Source: Patescibacteria group bacterium | GTDB lineage: Bacteria; Patescibacteriota; Minisyncoccia; Phycocordibacterales; JAKFXT01 | Direction of reading: 5' to 3' | NCBI GenBank assembly: GCA_038062775.1 | Contig: JBBTWL010000077.1 | Location: 1-25,952 of the forward strand | Length of the DNA: 25,952 nt | Shown: piece after piece, positions 15,604-23,231 of the stretch | Layout of the letters: the number at the start of each line of letters is the position of its first letter | Numbering within the stretch: position 1 is the stretch's first letter | The notes under the pieces: model-generated | Databases searched by the model: none | The model's input: only the letters and a program-made list of their open reading frames with translations | Told to the model about the DNA's origin: nothing | Position numbers and translations under genes: made by a program

Positions 15604-16845
15604 TTAAAGAAAGTAGTCTCCTTGGTCTGGGAGGGCCTCGAGATTTTCTTGAGGAATGTTCCCCTGAATAGCGTTCTCAAGCCACCAATTTGTTGGGTTG
15701 TAGATACAAGTTACTTCCCGACACTCCTTTTCCGCGTTGAAATTTCCAAGGATGGTAGCCGTCGATGCTTGGGTTTCTTTGGTATGCCCTTCGCTACTGT
15801 AGGCTTCAGGCGAAGCAATGCGAGCCTTAGCGACCCCGCGATGCGCCGGGCAGTTAAAAAGTCCTAGCGGTGAAAGAACTTGCCGAAGAGCCTGCATATG
15901 GCACATATTCGGTTGCCTCTTCCACTCCTCGAAGCTTTCACTCTCGAGAACTTTGAGGTTAATGCTTTCAAGCACTTGGAAGGATGGAGTTTCAAACTCC
16001 TTCGCTGTATGTATGGCCCCGCGGATAGCGACGAGGGTATTTTTGAATTCTACGATTGCTTCCGCATCCAAGACTTCACCCCCATTTTCAAAGCGCGTCA
16101 GAAATGGTTTAAACGAGATATAGTTAAACTGATGCTCTCGTGCCAATTTGGTAGCCGTGACAATCTCGTCAATGTTTGGAACGACTTCTACCTCTTTCCC
16201 CCGTGTTGCTCCTTGCCACGTAATGATGAAGGAGAATCCTATTTGAAGGTCCGGATTCCTTTCTCGAATTTTCGGAACAGAAGAGCAAATTTCTTCAAGC
16301 GAAATATTTCGTACGGGTTTGTGCATCCGTTGGAATGTTTCATTTGTACCGGAATCAAGAGAGAGGCGGACCCAATCTTTTCGGGTGAAAAAATGAGCTG
16401 TATCATAGATGGCTTTGTTTCGCGAGCCATTACTTACCACAGCGACTTGAACTTTCTGCTTTTTGAGAAATGAAACCACGTCTCCAAATCCTGGATACAA
16501 GGTTGGTTCCCCTCCGCCGATGAGAATTACTGAACGTAATCCTTGACGGATCATACTTTCTAAAGAAAGCAGGAGTTTTTGATGCTGATACTTCGCTCTG
16601 CTGTTCAGGATGTCCCAGTCGATACAGTGATCGCAACGGTAATTGCATGCCGTTGTAAGGTCCAAGTTGATAGACAGAGGACCAAATTTCGAAGGCAGAG
16701 CGGGCGGTTCCTGACCCGCGATAAATGCTTCCCGTACAGCCTTTTGCCATGCAATATAGGAGGAAATCATTGGGAGAACTGACTCTTGTCGTAACTTTGC
16801 TGTGAAATCGTGTCTTTGGTGAATTGATGCCGGTAGGTCACTCAT
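15604..16845 (-). CDS. Radical SAM protein with a C-terminal Cys-containing (Twitch/SPASM-like) extension
   Basis: DLTTACNYRCDHC (CxxxCxxC), IGGGEPTL, VSNG, RLSLDSG, and four C-terminal Cys (MCH, FNCP, ECREVTC). ATG 16845 has AGGA 8 nt upstream; TTG 16869 is the alternative start. Confidence 0.88.
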   Translation of the reverse strand: MSDLPASIHQRHDFTAKLRQESVLPMISSYIAWQKAVREAFIAGQEPPALPSKFGPLSINLDLTTACNYRCDHCIDWDILNSRAKYQHQKLLLSLESMIRQGLRSVILIGGGEPTLYPGFGDVVSFLKKQKVQVAVVSNGSRNKAIYDTAHFFTRKDWVRLSLDSGTNETFQRMHKPVRNISLEEICSSVPKIRERNPDLQIGFSFIITWQGATRGKEVEVVPNIDEIVTATKLAREHQFNYISFKPFLTRFENGGEVLDAEAIVEFKNTLVAIRGAIHTAKEFETPSFQVLESINLKVLESESFEEWKRQPNMCHMQALRQVLSPLGLFNCPAHRGVAKARIASPEAYSSEGHTKETQASTATILGNFNAEKECREVTCIYNPTNWWLENAIQGNIPQENLEALPDQGDYFL

Positions 16846-16886
16846 GGAGGCTTTCCTTTTGGTGTTCAAATGTTCAAACTCTTGTC

Positions 16887-16915
16887 ATTTTATACGCTGT
16901 GACCATTTTCGTAAA
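16887..16915 (-). promoter_or_regulatory. Possible sigma70-type promoter for the radical SAM gene
   Basis: Minus strand TTTACG (16915-16910), 17 bp, TAAAAT (16892-16887). Confidence 0.5.
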
Positions 16916-16947
16916 CTGACACATTTCTTGTTATTCTTGGGTATGGT

Positions 16948-17109
16948 ATGAAAAGAAAGACGAAAGGAAAAATAAGAGGAGAAAAAAACGTAGAAAAACT
17001 TACTCATTTCTCCTGTAGGAGTTGTAAAAAATTGTGAACGATTAGGGATGCCCCGAAAAGGAAGAATTGGTTTTGTCCGTGGTGCGGGGAGAAAAATTCT
17101 TATGAGTAA
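16948..17109 (+). pseudogene. Small zinc-ribbon-like ORF interrupted by an in-frame TGA (pseudogene, error or recoding)
   Basis: Manual translation: MKRKTKGKIRGEKNVEKLTHFSCRSCKKL*TIRDAPKRKNWFCPWCGEKNSYE*. Two CxxC motifs sit on either side of TGA 17035-17037. Missed by the ORF track. Confidence 0.6.
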
Positions 17110-17150
17110 CTCCACTGGTATTTTTTGCTCTCTCCGCTGATAATCCTTCC

Positions 17151-18446
17151 ATGGTGAAGATAAAAAATAGCGAAGCTTTGGCAACGACTCCGCTTCGAGA
17201 ATTGGCGCTTAAAATTTTAGAGGCGGGGCTTACGGCCATTGATACGAAGGAGGCGATTCGCAGTGGAATTCATTTTTCCGAAGGGGCGCTCTCCGTTCTT
17301 GGAAAGAATTTTTCTCTCGACGCCGAAGGGAAACTTTTTGTTGTTTGTGTCGGAAAGTGCGCGACAGACGCCGCGCGGGCGCTCGAAGACATTTTTGGGG
17401 CAAAGATTTCCGGAGGGGTGGCGATTGATATCCGTTGTGACGAAACGCTTGAATATATCGAATCCTGTGAGGGAGATCATCCGTTTCCAACGGAGAGGAA
17501 TATTGATGCGACAAAAAAAATCATAAAACTTCTTGAGGGAATCACTGAAAAAGATACGGTACTGTTTGTTATTTCCGGAGGAGGTTCAACGCTTCTGTGT
17601 CAGCCGGAGAATCACACGTGTCAAGATGAACGTTTGGTTGTCGAAGGACTTTTCGAAGCGGGAGCCGGCATTATCGAAATAAATACGATTCGAAAACATC
17701 TCTCTCTTGCTCGGGGTGGATACTTGGCGAAGTATAGCTATCCTGCCCAAGTCATTTCTCTTATTTTTTCAGATGTGGTCGTAAATGATTTTCAGTTTAT
17801 CGCTTCGGGTCCAACACTGAAGGACGAAACGACCGTGGCGGAAGCCAAGAAAATCTTCGAAAAATATGCCGACTCGATGAAATGTCTGTTTCATGCGGAT
17901 AATCTTTTCGAAACTCCGAAGGAAGAGAAATATTTCAAAAACGTTTCAAATATTCTTCTCGTTTCAAATGAAACGGCGCTTGAGGCGATGAAAAAAGAGG
18001 CAAAAAGGTTTGGATTCAGCGGAAAAATTTGCTCCTCTTGTCTTACTGGAGAGGCTAGAGTGGTGGGAAGAAATCTTTTACGCGAGATTGAATCGAGTCC
18101 TTCGAAAACAGCCCTCTTTTATGGCGGAGAAACTACCGTTCGTATAGAGGGGAAAGGAAAGGGGGGAAGAAATCAAGAGCTTTCTCTTTCAGCGCTCAAG
18201 GAACTCTCGCAAGAAAATGTTATTATTACTTCCTTGGCTTCGGATGGATGGGATAATTCACCAAGCGCGGGGGCGCTCTGTGATATGCTCATAAAGAAAA
18301 AAGCGGAAGAGGAGCATTTTTCTATAGAAAAGTTTCTTGAGAACAATGACTCCTTTACTTTTTTTGAAACTGTCGGCGGAAAAATTGAATCGGGACCGAC
18401 TGGTTCGAATGTCGCCGATCTCGTTCTGGCTTTGAAGGGGGAATAG
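17151..18446 (+). CDS. Glycerate 2-kinase (DUF4147/MOFRL, GckA/TtuD type)
   Basis: VGKCA, GDHPFP, VISGGGSTLL, INTIRKHLS, IASGPT, GGETTV, GKGGRNQEL, ASDGWD, GPTGSNVADL. Confidence 0.9.
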   Translation: MVKIKNSEALATTPLRELALKILEAGLTAIDTKEAIRSGIHFSEGALSVLGKNFSLDAEGKLFVVCVGKCATDAARALEDIFGAKISGGVAIDIRCDETLEYIESCEGDHPFPTERNIDATKKIIKLLEGITEKDTVLFVISGGGSTLLCQPENHTCQDERLVVEGLFEAGAGIIEINTIRKHLSLARGGYLAKYSYPAQVISLIFSDVVVNDFQFIASGPTLKDETTVAEAKKIFEKYADSMKCLFHADNLFETPKEEKYFKNVSNILLVSNETALEAMKKEAKRFGFSGKICSSCLTGEARVVGRNLLREIESSPSKTALFYGGETTVRIEGKGKGGRNQELSLSALKELSQENVIITSLASDGWDNSPSAGALCDMLIKKKAEEEHFSIEKFLENNDSFTFFETVGGKIESGPTGSNVADLVLALKGE

Positions 18447-18485
18447 CTCGGCAAAGTTTTAGGACTTTTGATTTGTATACTTTGT

Positions 18486-20909
18486 ATGCCTGAAAAAAAT
18501 AAAAATAATCGTTTTGTTTTATGGTTCGATGAAGTCGGGATTGAAGATATTCCACTCGTTGGGGGGAAAAATGCTTCGCTTGGCGAAATGCATTCGAAGC
18601 TCTCAAGTCTTGGCGTCAAAGTTCCGAATGGTTTTGCGATTACGGCCTACGCCTACCGCTATTTTCTCGAACAGGGACAGATTCGACCGAAGCTTGAGAG
18701 AGCGCTCAATGCCTTGGACACAAAAGATATCAAAGCTCTTCAGAAGGCGGGGAAAGCGGCACGCAAAGCGATTCTTGACGGGACTATTCCTCCAGAACTC
18801 CGAGCAGAAATTATTCAAAACTATAAGAAGCTTTCCGAAGAATATAAAAAAGAAAATGTTGATGTAGCGGTCCGTTCTTCTGCGACCGCGGAAGACCTCC
18901 CCGATGCCTCTTTTGCGGGACAGCAAGAAACTTACCTTAATATTTCTGGAGAAGAGGCCTTGATGGAGGCAGTGAAAAAGTGCCTTGCCTCCCTCTTTAC
19001 CGATCGGGCTATTTCCTACCGAACGGATAAATCGTTTTCGCACTTTGACACGGCGCTTTCGGTCACTATTCAAAAAATGGTTCGCTCTGATCTGGCTTCA
19101 AGCGGAATCATGTTTACGCTCGATACCGAGACGGGGTTCAATGATGTGGTGGTGATTAACAGCTCCTACGGACTCGGAGAGCTTATTGTCCAGGGGGCGG
19201 TAACTCCGGACGAATTTTTGGTTTTCAAACCCTCCCTCCGCGAAGGGCTGAACGCGGTTATCGGAAAAAACATCGGCACTAAGGAATTCAAAGCCGTTTA
19301 CGCTTTAGAGGGAATTTCAAAAAAAGAAACCACTCTTCTAGAACGGGAAGCATTTTCTCTGACCAACGACGAGGTAATCCATCTCTCAAAGTGGGGAGTC
19401 GTTATCGAGGAATATTTCTCAAAGAAAAAAAATCACTATCAGCCGATGGATATGGAATGGGCGAAGGATGGGGAAACCAACGAACTCTTCATCGTTCAGG
19501 CACGTCCGGAAACCATCCATTCAAGCGCGCCTAAAGACTCTTGGAAGGAATATCGTTTGAAGGGCGAGGGAGTGCTTCTCACCGAAGGAGCGGCGGTGGG
19601 CATGAAAATCGCAAGTGGCAAAGCCCGCATTATTCAAGAGGCGAAAAATATTGATCAATTTAAGGCGGGAGAGGTTTTGGTTACCGAGATTACCGATCCA
19701 GACTGGGAGCCCATTATGAAAATTGCTTCCGCTATTGTTACCGACAAAGGAGGACGAACCTCTCATGCCGCTATTGTGTCAAGGGAGCTTGGAATTCCAG
19801 CGGTTGTTGGGACGGGGAATGCGACGAGTAAAATAAAAAATGGAGAAGAGGTGACGATAGACTGCTCTTCTGGAAAGGCGGGACGAATATTGAAGGGAAA
19901 AATTCCTTTCGATATGGTAGAGCACAAGTTAGGGACTCTTCCTCAAACCAAAACGAAAGTCATGATCAATGTGGGTTCCCCAGAAGAAGCATTCAAGAAT
20001 CATTTCTTTCCGGTAAAAGGGGTTGGACTTGGGCGCCTCGAATTTATTATTAACTCCCATATTCGCATACATCCGAACGCGCTCATTGATTTTGGAAAGC
20101 TTCGCGCAAAAAAGGATGCTCAATCGAAAAAAGTGGTGGAAGAAATTTCCAAACTCACCAAAGGGTATGAAGATAAAATTGATTATTATATTGATGAACT
20201 TTCGGAAGGAATAGCGAAAATTGCCGCAGCCTTTTATCCAGAGCCGGTCATTATCCGTTTCTCTGACTTTAAGACGAATGAGTATCGAACGCTTATCGGA
20301 GGTTCTCTGTACGAACCGGAGGAGCAAAATCCGATGATTGGGTGGCGCGGAGCTTCCCGCTACTATCATCCGAAATTCGAATCTGCCTTTGGACTTGAGT
20401 GTGTGGCCCTCAAGCGAGTTCGTGAAGAAATGGGGCTTCGAAATGTCATCCCGATGATTCCTTTCTGTCGTACTCCCGAAGAAGGTCGAAAGGTGCTTGG
20501 GATAATGCAAAAATATGGACTTACGCGCGGAGTGTCGGGACTTAGGGTCTATATGATGTGCGAAATCCCTTCAAACATTCTTCTTATCGATGAATTTCTT
20601 GAACTTTTTGACGGGTACTCCATCGGCTCAAATGACCTCACCCAGCTTGTTTTGGGACTTGACCGAGATTCTGAAATGCTCGCTTCAATTGGCAATGAGC
20701 GTGATGAGTCGGTAAAGAAAATGATTGGGGCAGCAATTGCTCTTTGCAAAGCCAAAGGGAAATATATCGGCATTTGCGGACAAGCTCCCTCCGATTTTCC
20801 CGATTTCGTGAAGTTTCTCGTCGAAAGCGGGATTGAAAGTATATCGGTAAATCCGGATGCGATACTGAAGACGCTTGAGGTGGTAGCCGAGGCCGAGAAG
20901 AAGAGGTAG
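18486..20909 (+). CDS. ppsA: Phosphoenolpyruvate synthase (pyruvate, water dikinase)
   Basis: VGGKNASLGEM, VAVRSSATAEDLPDASFAGQQETYLN, QARPET, GGRTSHAAIVSRELG (phospho-His), RFSDFKTNEY, NPMIGWRGASRY, SIGSNDLTQL, GICGQAPSD. ATG 18486 preferred over TTG 18468. Confidence 0.95.
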   Translation: MPEKNKNNRFVLWFDEVGIEDIPLVGGKNASLGEMHSKLSSLGVKVPNGFAITAYAYRYFLEQGQIRPKLERALNALDTKDIKALQKAGKAARKAILDGTIPPELRAEIIQNYKKLSEEYKKENVDVAVRSSATAEDLPDASFAGQQETYLNISGEEALMEAVKKCLASLFTDRAISYRTDKSFSHFDTALSVTIQKMVRSDLASSGIMFTLDTETGFNDVVVINSSYGLGELIVQGAVTPDEFLVFKPSLREGLNAVIGKNIGTKEFKAVYALEGISKKETTLLEREAFSLTNDEVIHLSKWGVVIEEYFSKKKNHYQPMDMEWAKDGETNELFIVQARPETIHSSAPKDSWKEYRLKGEGVLLTEGAAVGMKIASGKARIIQEAKNIDQFKAGEVLVTEITDPDWEPIMKIASAIVTDKGGRTSHAAIVSRELGIPAVVGTGNATSKIKNGEEVTIDCSSGKAGRILKGKIPFDMVEHKLGTLPQTKTKVMINVGSPEEAFKNHFFPVKGVGLGRLEFIINSHIRIHPNALIDFGKLRAKKDAQSKKVVEEISKLTKGYEDKIDYYIDELSEGIAKIAAAFYPEPVIIRFSDFKTNEYRTLIGGSLYEPEEQNPMIGWRGASRYYHPKFESAFGLECVALKRVREEMGLRNVIPMIPFCRTPEEGRKVLGIMQKYGLTRGVSGLRVYMMCEIPSNILLIDEFLELFDGYSIGSNDLTQLVLGLDRDSEMLASIGNERDESVKKMIGAAIALCKAKGKYIGICGQAPSDFPDFVKFLVESGIESISVNPDAILKTLEVVAEAEKKR

Positions 20910-20918
20910 TTGAGAACC

Positions 20919-21051
20919 CATCCCGTAGTGAAAATGGCATGGTAAACTTACCCTGTCTTGAGACGTCATGTTATTATATTTCTACACTGATTAGTTATTA
21001 ACATAACCGCTTATCTCTGAAAGAGATAATGCCATTTTCTACTACGGGATG
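20919..21051. repeat. Long inverted repeat bracketing the ppsA / dehydrogenase intergenic region
   Basis: CATCCCGTAGTGAAAATGGCAT (20919-20940) is the reverse complement of ATGCCATTTTCTACTACGGGATG (21029-21051) except for one extra T at 21040. The right arm ends with the ATG of the next gene. Confidence 0.9.
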
Positions 21052-22059
21052 AAAACCGCAATATTCGGAACTAAAAAATGGGAGGAAGAGTATCTTCGCT
21101 TAAAACTCTCCAAAGTAACACTTGAGCTCACTTTTCTTGACGGCACGCTTTCTTCGGAGAGTATCCCAGCGGAAACTCATTTTGAAATTCTTTGCGTTTT
21201 CGTCGACTCTTCTTTGAAGCGCGAGACACTGGAGAAATTTCAAAATCTCAAAATGATTGCGACCCGTTCCACTGGCTTTGATCATATTGATCTGGCGTAT
21301 TGTAAGGAAAAAAATATTACTGTTTCCTCTGTTCCTTCGTATGGAGAAAATACGGTGGCGGAATTTGCTTTTGCCCTCATCTTGTCGTTGGCCCGAAAAC
21401 TCTATGCTTCGGTCGACTCCATTCGCGAGACCGGAAAATATTCTTTTGAAGGGCTCATAGGGTTTGACCTCAAGGGAAAAACTATCGGAGTGGTCGGAGT
21501 AGGTCGCATCGGGCGGCATCTTATTAAAATGGCAAAAGGTTTTGACATGAAAGTCATTGGGTATGATGCTTTCCCCAATCAAGAGACCGCGAAGGAACTT
21601 GGGTTTGAGTATCGCTCTTTTGAAGATCTTTTGAAAGAGAGTGACGTGGTGAGTATCCATGTGCCATTTATGAAAGAGACGGAAAAAATGTTTAATGAGA
21701 AAACGTTTGCTCTCATGAAAAAAGGAGCGATTTTGATTAATACCGCTCGCGGAGCCGTAGTAGAAACACAAGCGCTCGTCAAAGCGCTTCAAGAAGGTCG
21801 TCTCGGAGGAGCCGGGCTCGACGTTTTGGAAGAAGAAGGAGTGCTGAAAGATGAAATGGGTTTTGTCTTAAGCGGAAAGGTCGAGGGGCATGATGTTCGT
21901 ACCATCATTGCGAATCATGTGCTCATTGATATGCAAAATGTTTTGATTACTCCTCACACCGCCTTCAATACGACGGAGGCTATCCAGAGAATTCTTGATA
22001 CGACAGCAGAGAATATTTCAGGCTTCCTCGAAGGAACTCCGATAAATATTCCAAAGTAA
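21049..22059 (+). CDS. D-isomer-specific 2-hydroxyacid dehydrogenase (D-lactate dehydrogenase-like)
   Basis: TRSTGFDHID, GKTIGVVGVGRIG, GYD, SIHVP, LINTARG, GLDVLEEE, TPHTAFNT. The substrate is not determinable from sequence. Confidence 0.88.
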   Translation: MKTAIFGTKKWEEEYLRLKLSKVTLELTFLDGTLSSESIPAETHFEILCVFVDSSLKRETLEKFQNLKMIATRSTGFDHIDLAYCKEKNITVSSVPSYGENTVAEFAFALILSLARKLYASVDSIRETGKYSFEGLIGFDLKGKTIGVVGVGRIGRHLIKMAKGFDMKVIGYDAFPNQETAKELGFEYRSFEDLLKESDVVSIHVPFMKETEKMFNEKTFALMKKGAILINTARGAVVETQALVKALQEGRLGGAGLDVLEEEGVLKDEMGFVLSGKVEGHDVRTIIANHVLIDMQNVLITPHTAFNTTEAIQRILDTTAENISGFLEGTPINIPK

Positions 22060-23223
22060 ATGGCAATACTGAATCGTTTGGTGGCAAGGACTATTCTCGA
22101 TTCACGGGGTGAATGGACGATTGAAGTCTTGGGCATCAGTTCTTCGGGAAACAGTGCCAAAGCATCTATTCCTACGGGAAAAAGTATTGGGGAACGGGAA
22201 GCCGTTTCTCTTCCGGCGGAGAGGGCCCTCGAAAGTATCAAAGAGATTTTCTCAAAGTTTTCAGGATATGAACTCTGGGACTTAGAAAAAATAGATCGCG
22301 ATTTGTTGTCGCTTGACGGAACAAAAAATAAATCTCGTTTGGGGGCGAATGCGATTCTTGGGACCTCTCTCGTTTGTCATAAGCTTCAGGCGCTTGAAGA
22401 GGAAATTCCGCTCTGGAAGAAAATTGAGCTTCTTCTAAGGGTGGATGTTTCGCATCGTTCACTCCCGCTTCTTTTTGGGAATCTCATTAATGGCGGACTT
22501 CACGCAGAAGGAAGCAATCTTCCGTTTCAGGAATATTTGGTCATTCCGCAAGTTTCTTCTTTTCGTGAGTCAGCACAGATTTTGGTGACAATTTTTCACG
22601 CGCTTCATATAAAAAATCCCGGAAGATTTTCTTTGGTTGGAGACGAGGGAGGGTTTTCAGGGTTCTTTGAGGATCCGCTTGAGCCGTTTCGGATTTTGAA
22701 AGACACTTCGAATCGTCTCGGGTTTTCAGAAAAAATTCGCTTTGGCATCGATGCGGCGGGAAACACACTTCCTCTTTCTCCGCAGGAAGCGCTTGGATTT
22801 TATCGAAAAATGAAAAACGATTTCGACCTTCTGTACCTCGAAGATCCGTTTCCAGAGATGGATGAGAACTCTTTCATTCGTCTCCAAGAAGAATTCAAAG
22901 GAATCTTTATTGCCGGAGACGACCTCACCACGACAAATGCGTCTTCTATTCGCGAAATGGCGGATAAGGGGGCAATTTCCTCCGCCATCATTAAGCCGAA
23001 TCAAATAGGCACGATGACCGAAACGCTTGAAGCGCTTCGCGAATGCTACCGAAAAGGTATCGAACCGGTTCTCTCCCATCGAAGCGGAGAGACCAATGAT
23101 GACTTCGTGGCAGATATTGCTTACGGCGCGAGGGCGTATGGTATAAAACTCGGGGCTCCGTCTCGTGGGGAGCGAGTGGCGAAATACGACCGCTTACTTG
23201 AAATCGAAGAGACGCGTTCTTAA
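22060..23223 (+). CDS. eno: Enolase (compact form)
   Basis: ILDSRG, LGANAILG, INGGLH, FQEY, GDEGG, GIDAA, LEDPF, GDDL, IKPNQIGT, SHRSGET, ERVAKYDRLLEIEE. Confidence 0.92.
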   Translation: MAILNRLVARTILDSRGEWTIEVLGISSSGNSAKASIPTGKSIGEREAVSLPAERALESIKEIFSKFSGYELWDLEKIDRDLLSLDGTKNKSRLGANAILGTSLVCHKLQALEEEIPLWKKIELLLRVDVSHRSLPLLFGNLINGGLHAEGSNLPFQEYLVIPQVSSFRESAQILVTIFHALHIKNPGRFSLVGDEGGFSGFFEDPLEPFRILKDTSNRLGFSEKIRFGIDAAGNTLPLSPQEALGFYRKMKNDFDLLYLEDPFPEMDENSFIRLQEEFKGIFIAGDDLTTTNASSIREMADKGAISSAIIKPNQIGTMTETLEALRECYRKGIEPVLSHRSGETNDDFVADIAYGARAYGIKLGAPSRGERVAKYDRLLEIEETRS

Positions 23224-23231
23224 CCACTATT

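Noticed and set aside
17035-17037. Selenocysteine or genome-wide TGA recoding (code 4 or 25)
   Set aside because: The TGA is not at a Cys position, both CxxC motifs being complete. TGA is a normal stop in several genes here, including ATGA overlaps at 1733, 8150, 9073 and 24334.
20986-21029. Hammerhead ribozyme (CTGATTA, a hairpin, later GAAA)
   Set aside because: The core would need CUGANGA and GAAA directly after stem II; neither is satisfied.
20919-21051. 6S RNA, SRP RNA or a known riboswitch
   Set aside because: Too short and branched for the 6S rod. No SRP GGAA-loop motif and no SAM, TPP, FMN or glycine aptamer consensus visible. An Rfam search was not possible.
15880-21792. Larger opposite-strand ORFs at 15880-16473, 18173-18619, 18603-19073, 19929-20510 and 21100-21792
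   Set aside because: All lie opposite well-supported genes and show no recognisable motifs.
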